Shown here: positions 1 to 8,055 of the stretch, piece by piece
Layout of the letters: each line of letters begins with the position of its first letter
Position numbering within the stretch: position 1 is the first letter of the stretch
Notes under the pieces: model-generated
What the model was told of the DNA's origin: nothing
The model's database searches: none
The model's input: the letters and a program-made list of their open reading frames with translations, nothing else
Program-made: the position numbers and the translations under genes
IMG/VR virus record: IMGVR_UViG_3300045971_000344
Coordinates: 124,001 to 188,000 of that record
Direction: 5' to 3' (one strand)
Length of the DNA: 64,000 nucleotides

Positions 1-335
1 TTGTCGTACTCAGCTACGTACTGTTTTCTTTGATCCTCATCAGCCTTATCCCAATCTGACTTGTTAAACAGGGTCTGACTATTTTTCTTAGTAGTAGTAC
101 CAGAATCTGAAGGGGAAGTAGATGGCTTAGACGCAGGTGTATCTGGCTTTTTAGGCGCTTCTGCAGGTTTAGTCGCCTCAGGTTTTTTAGGGGCCTCCGC
201 GGTCTTAGCAGTGGGCTTAATATTTTTCTTATGTTTAGGTGATTGTCCACCAGTCTTTTTGGATTGTCGTTTATTCGACAATTCGGTATTAAGGACATTT
301 CCTTTTATCTTAACAGCAGATAGATTCAATTTCAT
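1..335 (-). CDS. Partial CDS (3' end outside window); Lys/Pro/Ala-rich N-terminus, leader-family protein
   Basis: My translation from ATG at 335: MKLNLSAVKIKGNVLNTELSNKRQSKK...EAPKKPEATKPAEAPKKPD...DWDKADEDQRKQYVAEYD, open to the window edge. It starts 3 nt after the stop of 339..1265 and replaces the 14..298 call. Confidence 0.75.
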   Translation of the reverse strand, partial: MKLNLSAVKIKGNVLNTELSNKRQSKKTGGQSPKHKKNIKPTAKTAEAPKKPEATKPAEAPKKPDTPASKPSTSPSDSGTTTKKNSQTLFNKSDWDKADEDQRKQYVAEYD

Positions 336-338
336 AGA

Positions 339-1265
339 CTAATCCTTTAGCGACTCATATTTTTCTTTTAGAAATTCTAACACTGTAGAAGCGTCTCGTA
401 ACTTATGTCGGCGCATATTAGCGATAAAGTCATCCACAATCATTTTTTCTGCCTTAGACCCAGAACGAGAATTGTGTATATTGTTCTCTATAGAGATTTG
501 AATATCTCTTCTATCAGATCCGTAGTATAATCTTGACCTCAAATCATCTGCGTCTTCTGAAAGAACATCTCCACAGTTTTTCTTAAAAAGCTCATTTATT
601 AGGTCCACGTATCCTCTAGATGAAGTAAATCCTTTTGTTGCCTTGTTTTTGTTCTGCACCATATAAGCGTTGTAATCCTTATAGAAATAAATAGGGATAC
701 CATAGGCGGTTCCATATTCACCTATCTTTCTATACATCTTAGCAAAGTCATAATACTTATCGAATTCTTTGCTTGTCAATTCTCTCTTTTTGTCAATACT
801 TATAACTGCGTACTCACAAAGGTTTATGTGGACCTCAGTTATATACTTATTTAGGGGCTTTATAGTTGGTTCTGTAGAGTAAATGCGATCCTCATTCTCT
901 TGATACCTAAGTGGTGCCTCATCATCTGAAGATCCATTTCGGAATTCTCTACCCCAGTAATCTACGGATTCACCTGAGTATTTCTCTGCGAGCTTATGTC
1001 CGTTAATTACCAAGCAACAAGCCCAATCCGGACTTGCCTGTCGTGCGTATCCTCCAAACTTAACCCTAGACATAGACAAAAAGTAAGGTTTAAACTTCTT
1101 GGACTTATTTGTTCTATCTGAAGATGTACCTAGGTTATTGGTCAAGTGTATGTTATTGTCTTCCATTATATTTACAAGTTTATCCACAGTAGTATTATGG
1201 TACACGATAGGAGATATACCTGCCAGTTCTGTATTAGTGTTAACATGTACTTTATTTATCTTCAT
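339..1265 (-). CDS. Putative ADP-ribosyltransferase-fold protein with N-terminal leader
   Basis: VYHNT...NIMEDNNIHL, YFLSMSR and ENEDRI follow the H...S...ExE order of ART active-site strands. Leader is MKINKVHVNTNTELA. Confidence 0.5.
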   Translation of the reverse strand: MKINKVHVNTNTELAGISPIVYHNTTVDKLVNIMEDNNIHLTNNLGTSSDRTNKSKKFKPYFLSMSRVKFGGYARQASPDWACCLVINGHKLAEKYSGESVDYWGREFRNGSSDDEAPLRYQENEDRIYSTEPTIKPLNKYITEVHINLCEYAVISIDKKRELTSKEFDKYYDFAKMYRKIGEYGTAYGIPIYFYKDYNAYMVQNKNKATKGFTSSRGYVDLINELFKKNCGDVLSEDADDLRSRLYYGSDRRDIQISIENNIHNSRSGSKAEKMIVDDFIANMRRHKLRDASTVLEFLKEKYESLKD

Positions 1266-1531
1266 AAGTTATCCCTAAATTCCCTATCATTTTTGACCCA
1301 CCTGTCTACTTCCTCTTTAGTTACATCTGCAGGTTTGTGTTTACTACATCTAAAACAGAGTAGTTTCTTCCCTGCCTTTGCTTCAGCTTTTTTAACTTCC
1401 TCGTAGTGGTAACACTCTAAAACAACTATATAGAGCGTACCTTTTGGTACTAATTTACTTACTACGTGTATTATTTTTCTTTTTGGAGTGACTGTAGGTT
1501 TCTCATCTACAGCGATAACTGTCTTTCTCAT
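1262..1531 (-). CDS. Small leader-family protein, possible Zn ribbon
   Basis: Likely start MRKTVIA at 1531 after AAGGTGA. Contains LECYH...CFRC. Confidence 0.6.
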   Translation of the reverse strand: MRKTVIAVDEKPTVTPKRKIIHVVSKLVPKGTLYIVVLECYHYEEVKKAEAKAGKKLLCFRCSKHKPADVTKEEVDRWVKNDREFRDNL

Positions 1532-1532
1532 C

Positions 1533-1637
1533 TTAATCACCTTTATTTTTGTATCGGTCCAAACCCCAAGCTATAACTGCACAAATTGCTAGGGCTACAA
1601 GGACCACCCCTATCATTCCATTTTCTGAGAGTGTCAT
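1533..1637 (-). CDS. 34-aa single-pass membrane peptide (not in ORF track)
   Basis: MTLSENGMIGVVLVALAICAVIAWGLDRYKNKGD, preceded by strong SD AGGGAG; fills the gap exactly. Confidence 0.65.
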   Translation of the reverse strand: MTLSENGMIGVVLVALAICAVIAWGLDRYKNKGD

Positions 1638-1666
1638 AGTTGTTCTCCCTTATATAAATTATTGGC

Positions 1667-2161
1667 TTAGTCTAGATGTAATGGAGAGATGTCCTTTGCA
1701 TTTTTAAGGTCCTCTTCAGTAAGGTGCTTACGTTTTAGTCCGATTAAGAACTTGCCTAAACTTTGTTTAACCGGAGGAAGTATACCCACTATTTGGTCAG
1801 GGCTAACAGTACCTTCTTTCATGAGCCATCGACCTAAGCCGTTAGAAGACTCATGGTGTTTGTCTTGAACGTACTGACTTTTATCGTCTTTGAACTTAAT
1901 TATGGACAATACTGTATAGTCCTTTTCTTGATTTATGGCCCAACACGCCTTCATTACCCACGCTACCGCGTCTACCAAGTCTTCAAAGGCATAGACATAC
2001 CCCTTTTTACTCAAACGCCCACCAAATTGATTCTTTGTAAAACCCAGGCTACTCTTATTAGGTATTAATCCTGTTTTAAGTATCTTCTTAGCGTTCTTCG
2101 TATCCGTTACATGGTACAATACGCTGTCTTCTGATGATATTGTTATACGTTTGATCTTCAT
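1667..2161 (-). CDS. ADP-ribosyltransferase-fold protein (Tpt1/KptA- or DarT-like N-terminal motif)
   Basis: LYHVT...AKKILKTGLIP followed by GYVYAF. SD AGGAGGAG. Leader MKIKRITISS. Confidence 0.6.
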   Translation of the reverse strand: MKIKRITISSEDSVLYHVTDTKNAKKILKTGLIPNKSSLGFTKNQFGGRLSKKGYVYAFEDLVDAVAWVMKACWAINQEKDYTVLSIIKFKDDKSQYVQDKHHESSNGLGRWLMKEGTVSPDQIVGILPPVKQSLGKFLIGLKRKHLTEEDLKNAKDISPLHLD

Positions 2162-2205
2162 GAGTTACTCTCCTCCTACTATTTTCTAAAAGTACAAGAT
2201 AATCT

Positions 2206-2841
2206 TTATACAAGCTTTTTGAAATACTGCGCTACAATAGACGCACCAACTCTTGACTTTGTATAAGTATCACTAAGTATTTTCATAAAAATAACCTCGT
2301 CTGGAGAGATCCCTTTCATGCTCTCGCCCCTTTTCTTTCTTCTTTGTTCCTCTATAACCCAAGCCTCTGGGTACTTTTTAGCCGTAAACTTTTCGGCCCT
2401 TATATGTACAGTCTCGTATTTACTTTTTTCGTCCCATCGTGCGGCTGACCCATGAACTATGAACTCTGCTAGAGAAGCAAAGTGTTCATTCGGGTCTTTT
2501 AGGTGCTCTTGTTTGCAAAGATCTAGAAATAGCTTCTTGTCACTTTCACTTACTTTAGTCTTGCCCTTACGATGCCATAAGTGGTGTGCAAGTTCATGTG
2601 TTAATACTTGAACCATTCGTGTACTGTTCTTTACATCAGCCCCTATACATATTGTGTCTTTAGGTTTAAGCCAGTACTCGGATCCCTGTATATTGGAGCA
2701 ACAAATTGAAATAGGTTCAACTATGTTGACCTTTAAGCCTAACTTTGGTTCCAACTTGTTTAAGGCTCTTATTTTAGTTTCTGTTGGACTATAGTAACCA
2801 TCTCTTCTAAATAGACTTTGTATAAAGTTTACCTTGCTCAT
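2206..2841 (-). CDS. Zincin-like metallopeptidase (HExxH)
   Basis: VLTHELAHH with downstream PNEHFA glutamate. Confidence 0.65.
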   Translation of the reverse strand: MSKVNFIQSLFRRDGYYSPTETKIRALNKLEPKLGLKVNIVEPISICCSNIQGSEYWLKPKDTICIGADVKNSTRMVQVLTHELAHHLWHRKGKTKVSESDKKLFLDLCKQEHLKDPNEHFASLAEFIVHGSAARWDEKSKYETVHIRAEKFTAKKYPEAWVIEEQRRKKRGESMKGISPDEVIFMKILSDTYTKSRVGASIVAQYFKKLV

Positions 2842-2856
2842 TATTTACTCCAATAC

Positions 2857-4089
2857 TCATCCGTTATTATTATTCTTAAAAATATTTACAATCTTGTCGC
2901 TTAAGGGTATCTTCTTAGATGAAAGCATATTAAATATACTTGTATCGCCCCAAGTTGCAATAGCTTCAAGCATTTTTTCAGTCAGGTCAACTTTTTTCTG
3001 AAGTAAGAATCTTACAGAATCGTTAATATCCCCGATTATGCAGTTGATAATAACATCTTCTTCTGGAACAATTCCGTTATCTAAAAACGTCCACAAAATA
3101 TCAGGCTTGTACTTACTAGCTTCTAAGCGTAATGCGTGGCAAACAGGGATGTTATTCCTTATCAAGATCGCGATTGAACCTGGATCATTTTTTATGGCCG
3201 CGGCCTTTACTGCCTCACTAGGGATAATTCCTCTTTTAATAATATATTCTATGTCCCAACCCTTTTTCTTAACCTCAGCAAGTTGGACGCTCTCACTTGG
3301 GTTAGAGTGTACTTTTAGTAAACTCGAAGGGCCTGTGTAGTCCTTATTTAAGCACTCTCCTATTACAGTAAATGCCTGTCGCGTCAAAAATACCGCCTGA
3401 AGTGGCTCCGCGTTATGAATAATTCCTCTCTTAGATTTATCTGCAAACCCAGAGTATCCACACTGTCGCAATAGCCAATTCCACTTAGTAGCTTTGGAAA
3501 GAGCGTTTCCATTAGTTAAATCCGAAGCTAGCATCCTACTAAGGTTCCAAAAGATTGATGAAGGATTTTGCTCATGTGCAGAGCTTCTAGCACCTTTCAA
3601 CTTTTCAGCATACGCTTCCTCAAGTAGATTATAAGCATTATCCTTTACTTCTTTTTTAGTTTTACCTGTATAATCTATCTCATGCTCCATTTGTTTCCAA
3701 CACTCATCCATAAAAATCTTTTTTAACTTCTTAAAGTCCTTATCAAACTTATTGGATCCATACTCGGTATATAGATCATTAACAAATGATTGCTTGTCTT
3801 TTACTCTAACTACCCAAATATGTGGCTGAGTAGCAGCAAAAGGTAAACGGGTTAACGTCTTATGTATATCTATTCCATACTCTTCCCAACAGGCCTGAAG
3901 AGGGTAAGTATAAATTCCTACCGGAGTATTATATATCGACTTTGGGTTAATACCAAGCTTGTCAATTGCAGTAAAGCTAATATAAACATCTGGATCGTCT
4001 TTCCACTTAGACAAATATTCATAGGCACTAATCTTTTTGTTTACTTTAAGATTTACGCGTGCCGAGATCTCTACATTAGTTATTTTCAT
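2857..4089 (-). CDS. Paralog family A member (divergent ART-like core) with C-terminal helical repeats
   Basis: VYISFT..DKLGINPKSIYNTPVGIYTYPL...CGYSGFADK...IH.AEPLQAVFLT is shared with 4929..5978 and 10905..12038. C-terminal PSExVxxA repeats. Confidence 0.6.
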   Translation of the reverse strand: MKITNVEISARVNLKVNKKISAYEYLSKWKDDPDVYISFTAIDKLGINPKSIYNTPVGIYTYPLQACWEEYGIDIHKTLTRLPFAATQPHIWVVRVKDKQSFVNDLYTEYGSNKFDKDFKKLKKIFMDECWKQMEHEIDYTGKTKKEVKDNAYNLLEEAYAEKLKGARSSAHEQNPSSIFWNLSRMLASDLTNGNALSKATKWNWLLRQCGYSGFADKSKRGIIHNAEPLQAVFLTRQAFTVIGECLNKDYTGPSSLLKVHSNPSESVQLAEVKKKGWDIEYIIKRGIIPSEAVKAAAIKNDPGSIAILIRNNIPVCHALRLEASKYKPDILWTFLDNGIVPEEDVIINCIIGDINDSVRFLLQKKVDLTEKMLEAIATWGDTSIFNMLSSKKIPLSDKIVNIFKNNNNG

Positions 4090-4092
4090 AGC

Positions 4093-4932
4093 CTACGTTC
4101 TCCAATAAGTTACTTTCAATCTTTTAGCATTTTTTGCCCACCAGTTATGTGCAAGAACGTTTACCGTAGGTATCCAATATTTTTTATAATATTTTGGAGC
4201 CAGTACTTTTAGATTTTCAAGTTTATGAATTTCGTTCCAAATATAGGTCTCTATTTCATCAGTACCACTACCCATTAAGGCGTTTACTCCGGATAAGTTT
4301 TCTCCATAAGCTTTAAGATTCTCTGGACTAGTCGAGAATACCCAAGATATACTTTGTGGAGAACATACTATATTTAAAGGAAACTGATGTAAATAAATCA
4401 TATCCTTTCCGTGCAGGTAACTAAAGCTACAAGGGTCATAGCCCTTTTTTATCTTATTTGGATGATTATGTAAAGTAGCTAATCTAGTAGAGCCATATTT
4501 TTCTATGGTCTTAGCGGAAGCTGGGTCTAGACTTACGGATTTATTAGTCCCACTTGTTGCGTATGCTATAATCTTCCCTGTTTCTAAATCAAAAAAGTAG
4601 ACATGCTCTCTGGATTTATTTCGGATTTCTTCTACCTTAGCTAACACTGACGCTAGTAACTTTGGACTTAATTTCGCAGGGGTTGTCTTTATAGGTTTTG
4701 GAAGACCTTCTTCTATAGCTTTTGGCATTGTAGCATCTAACAATTTAACCGGCTTAGCATAGACCTCTTCAATTACGGTTTCAAAGACTCCATTAAAGGG
4801 TCCATTATTAGCTTTTAGCCACCTTTTAAGTTCAGCAGTAGCTTTTGCTTTATTTAAGCCCTGTTTTTTCCATTCAATTAATAATGGACGAATATCGGCT
4901 TTTGTTACTCTAGCTAATACTATCTTTCTCAT
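4093..4932 (-). CDS. JAB/MPN-like metalloprotease-domain protein with leader
   Basis: REHVYFFD...TLHNHP...SFSYLHGKD fits E...HxH(P)...S..D. True start is MRKIVLAR at 4932, overlapping the upstream stop (ATGA). Confidence 0.55.
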   Translation of the reverse strand: MRKIVLARVTKADIRPLLIEWKKQGLNKAKATAELKRWLKANNGPFNGVFETVIEEVYAKPVKLLDATMPKAIEEGLPKPIKTTPAKLSPKLLASVLAKVEEIRNKSREHVYFFDLETGKIIAYATSGTNKSVSLDPASAKTIEKYGSTRLATLHNHPNKIKKGYDPCSFSYLHGKDMIYLHQFPLNIVCSPQSISWVFSTSPENLKAYGENLSGVNALMGSGTDEIETYIWNEIHKLENLKVLAPKYYKKYWIPTVNVLAHNWWAKNAKRLKVTYWRT

Positions 4933-5978
4933 AACGTGCCCTTTTCTTTTAGGTCTACCAAGATTTCTTTCCAAAGACTTCCTGTTAATCCTTTAGACAC
5001 TAGCTTTTTAGACAGTATACTCAATTGTGAAACAGTTAATTGAGATAAAAATTTCTGTTTATTACCCACGAATTTTATACCAAAAGGCTGAGCCGAGGTT
5101 ACACCTAAAATATAGTGTAAAAGCATTTTTAGTGATCTACCTTTTTCGTACCCATCAAGATCAAGACACTCGTCTTCAGTCTTAAGGAGTTCTATTAGGT
5201 CGACTGGTGATTTAACTAGCTTTGGTGGGTCTTGGTGATTCGCTACATTTTTTATTTTAGTAATAACTGTAAAAGCCTTGGCTGTTAGGAATATTGCCTG
5301 AATAGGTTCACCTTCATGAATAAACGCTTTTCCACTTTTATCTGCGAAGCCATCGTACCCACAAAATCTCAATAAAGTATTCCATTTTGTTATTTTCTTT
5401 ATACCGCTGTCTTCACCGGTTAAAGCTTCGGCTAGGCTCTCAACAAAACTCCAAAAAGCAAACGCAATGGATTTATACTCTTTACTATAACGCTCGATTA
5501 AGTAATCATAATCTTCGTCTACGCTATCAAAAACCTTCTTTTCGTTCTTAATAGCTCTTAAGCAACTCAGTTTCTTTTCTTTACCATTCTCCTTTAATTC
5601 AAGGTAAAAAGATTTGAGCTTTTGAGCATCGGCTTTGAAGTTGTCTAATTTATAACTGGTCTTCATATCGTGAATAAAATTAGCACCAGGCCTTACTTTT
5701 ATTACCCAGATGTACGGACGGTCACCAGCATACGGAATTGCGCTTATGGTCCACGATTCTAATTCATTGTCTTGAAAGATTTGTTTTAAAGGATAAGCGT
5801 AGATACCTAGTGGGGTCTCATAGTCTGCCCGTGGATTAATCCCAATTTTATCTTCATAAGTAAAGCTAATATAGACATTTGGATCATTTTTATACTTCTT
5901 AAGTTCTTCATAAGGGTTTACCTTAGGATTGAGCTTTGGATTAGACCTAGAAGAAACTTCTACCCAGTGTATTCGCAT
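4929..5978 (-). CDS. Paralog family A member (divergent ART-like core)
   Basis: VYISFT, GINP, GIYAYPL, CGYDGFADK and EPIQAIFLT motifs. Leader MRIHWVEVSS. Confidence 0.6.
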   Translation of the reverse strand: MRIHWVEVSSRSNPKLNPKVNPYEELKKYKNDPNVYISFTYEDKIGINPRADYETPLGIYAYPLKQIFQDNELESWTISAIPYAGDRPYIWVIKVRPGANFIHDMKTSYKLDNFKADAQKLKSFYLELKENGKEKKLSCLRAIKNEKKVFDSVDEDYDYLIERYSKEYKSIAFAFWSFVESLAEALTGEDSGIKKITKWNTLLRFCGYDGFADKSGKAFIHEGEPIQAIFLTAKAFTVITKIKNVANHQDPPKLVKSPVDLIELLKTEDECLDLDGYEKGRSLKMLLHYILGVTSAQPFGIKFVGNKQKFLSQLTVSQLSILSKKLVSKGLTGSLWKEILVDLKEKGTL

Positions 5979-5986
5979 ATACTCTC

Positions 5987-6793
5987 CTACTTAGTATATT
6001 TTAACAAATGAGTTAACGCTTTATTTGGATCTTTAAAAACCTTCCCATCTTCTGAAATAGAGTAATCAACTATGTTTTTAGGTGTAACAACCTGTGGCTT
6101 ATTTTTAATAAGTATTTCGTGTTCATTACCCCAGCGCATCCCGTTAGCCATAAAGCTATCAAAGTCCTTCTCGTCTAAGTAATGCCTAAACAGGTCTTCA
6201 ATGTTTAAAAGAACATCAGGACCTTTAAGTTTCTCTTTAAGTATTATCGCAGATTCATTACGGTTCCTAGGTTGCCACCCAGCAAACTTTCTTGCTATAT
6301 ACTGTTCAGGACTCCAACTAGCCAGTTTACAATCTCTAAGAGAAAGAGATCCTTTTTCTAATAAAGATTTAAGAACTTCGTCTTTTAAAACTATACCTCT
6401 ATAACAGGTTTTAGGCGGAGCAGATCTAAAGATAGCTGGAGGGTTTATATTCATAATAAGGTCCACTAACTCTGGGTTATCATTTTTACCAAAGTCAGAC
6501 CATAGAATTGCCGCGTGTAAACATTTAACCTCTTCTTTAGTTGGGTCTGGTAGGACCAAAAATCGCCAAAACTGAGCATCAGCACAATAATCGGCCAACT
6601 TTTGGACTTCTTTGTCTGTCTTTACTTTTTGCTTTGATGAAGACAGTCCTAGTCTGTGCCAAGTTCCTGCCTTTGGTCCACGTACATAAAATCCGGTATC
6701 TCCGTAGCCACACGCTGAAAAGAAAAAATTTATTTTAGTCGTGTCTACTGCTTGAGATTTCTTTTTGACCGCGGCAATAACAATCTTTCTCAT
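5987..6793 (-). CDS. R-S-E clade ADP-ribosyltransferase (VIP2/Alt/Mod-like motif order)
   Basis: CYRG...ASWS...IARKFA...NEHEILI. Leader MRKIVIAA. Confidence 0.7.
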   Translation of the reverse strand: MRKIVIAAVKKKSQAVDTTKINFFFSACGYGDTGFYVRGPKAGTWHRLGLSSSKQKVKTDKEVQKLADYCADAQFWRFLVLPDPTKEEVKCLHAAILWSDFGKNDNPELVDLIMNINPPAIFRSAPPKTCYRGIVLKDEVLKSLLEKGSLSLRDCKLASWSPEQYIARKFAGWQPRNRNESAIILKEKLKGPDVLLNIEDLFRHYLDEKDFDSFMANGMRWGNEHEILIKNKPQVVTPKNIVDYSISEDGKVFKDPNKALTHLLKYTK

Positions 6794-6799
6794 AGCTTA

Positions 6800-7462
6800 C
6801 TACTCCACATGAGGTAGATACCGCAACTGCTGGTAACGACCTTTATTTTGTTTTATGAAATTCTCTGCCTTGACCTTACTAATATTGCGCTTAGTAGTAT
6901 ACCAATCTCCACAGTCATAATACTGGACGTCAAAAGTAGATACTACCTTTATGTAAAACATAGCGCTATAGGACCTATGTGTCCGCCCGTCTTTTGTCTT
7001 CCACGTCCAGATTGGATAGGACCCATCATAAAATCCATCATGTCCTAAGAAAACAACCTTCTCATATTTTCGGTAATCAATACTCGACCTAACATAGACC
7101 TTATCCATTCTAGTTAGGTCCTTAGGATTTGTAGCAATATATTCCTTAGTAGGCTTATAAATCAAATTATGGTCAAACTCTATAAACTTTACATTAGGCT
7201 CATCATAGTAAAAATCTTCAGCATCGGTTCCTTCAAGATCTGTTGTTACTGCCTCGCCTTCACACGGACCAACGCCTACTCCTGTCTGTCCATCGCATTT
7301 TACTATATAGAAATTCAGGTCCTCAAGAGATTCTGCAAAGGTATACTCCGCCTTAAGTAATTTCTTTCTCAGGTCTTCTACGATATGCTTATCTACATCT
7401 TGATACCGTACGTGCTTACATACGATCTTTGACTTAGCTTTAGCTATAATGATCTTTCTCAT
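6800..7462 (-). CDS. Hypothetical leader-family protein
   Basis: 220-aa ORF starting MRKIIIAK; no domain recognised. Confidence 0.6.
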   Translation of the reverse strand: MRKIIIAKAKSKIVCKHVRYQDVDKHIVEDLRKKLLKAEYTFAESLEDLNFYIVKCDGQTGVGVGPCEGEAVTTDLEGTDAEDFYYDEPNVKFIEFDHNLIYKPTKEYIATNPKDLTRMDKVYVRSSIDYRKYEKVVFLGHDGFYDGSYPIWTWKTKDGRTHRSYSAMFYIKVVSTFDVQYYDCGDWYTTKRNISKVKAENFIKQNKGRYQQLRYLPHVE

Positions 7463-8055
7463 ATAATAACCCCTATAGCTTGCTTATACCAGTTTTTAAA
7501 TGTAGTATTCTCTAACAGGTCCAAACAACCCAGTGTAAGTAACTGTGGATAAAATTCATGCTTATGAGTTAGTGCATAATGCTCCTCAGAGGACATCTTT
7601 CCTAGTATAGGCGTAAACCACTGCTTAATTTGATAATGGCTAAGTTGTAAAAAATAATTATTAGAGTAAAAACACTTAAGCCATTCTTCATTCTGAGCGA
7701 GCGGTGAGTCTAACAAAGAATGTAGAAGCTTGTACTCTTTTGAGATCTCATTATCTATGTGGTCATTAAATTTACTATGCAAGAACTCATGCACTATAAC
7801 TAATGCAGGTGTCCAAGGTTTATCCTCAAAAACTTCTATGTTTATAATAATTTGACTTCCTGTCCACTCTCCTTGTGAAGCTCCTAGGTCTTTATACTTT
7901 TTTAGGCAAAAGTTCTTTGAAGAAATTATGTTCTTTATTACGGCCGAAAGTTTCGGATCTTTAATCAGGCCAGGTATTTTAGTAAAAGTTTCTTGTGCTA
8001 AATTAAGGTATTTTTCTCTAATTGCTTCAGGTAAATACCCTACTTTTATCTTCAT
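7459..8055 (-). CDS. Zincin-like metallopeptidase (HExxH)
   Basis: VIVHEFLH plus downstream HEFY; ATGA overlaps on both sides. Confidence 0.6.
   Translation of the reverse strand: MKIKVGYLPEAIREKYLNLAQETFTKIPGLIKDPKLSAVIKNIISSKNFCLKKYKDLGASQGEWTGSQIIINIEVFEDKPWTPALVIVHEFLHSKFNDHIDNEISKEYKLLHSLLDSPLAQNEEWLKCFYSNNYFLQLSHYQIKQWFTPILGKMSSEEHYALTHKHEFYPQLLTLGCLDLLENTTFKNWYKQAIGVII

Noticed and set aside
14-298. 94-aa minus-strand ORF in the track
   Set aside because: It is an alternative frame of a more plausible gene starting at 335 that runs off the window.
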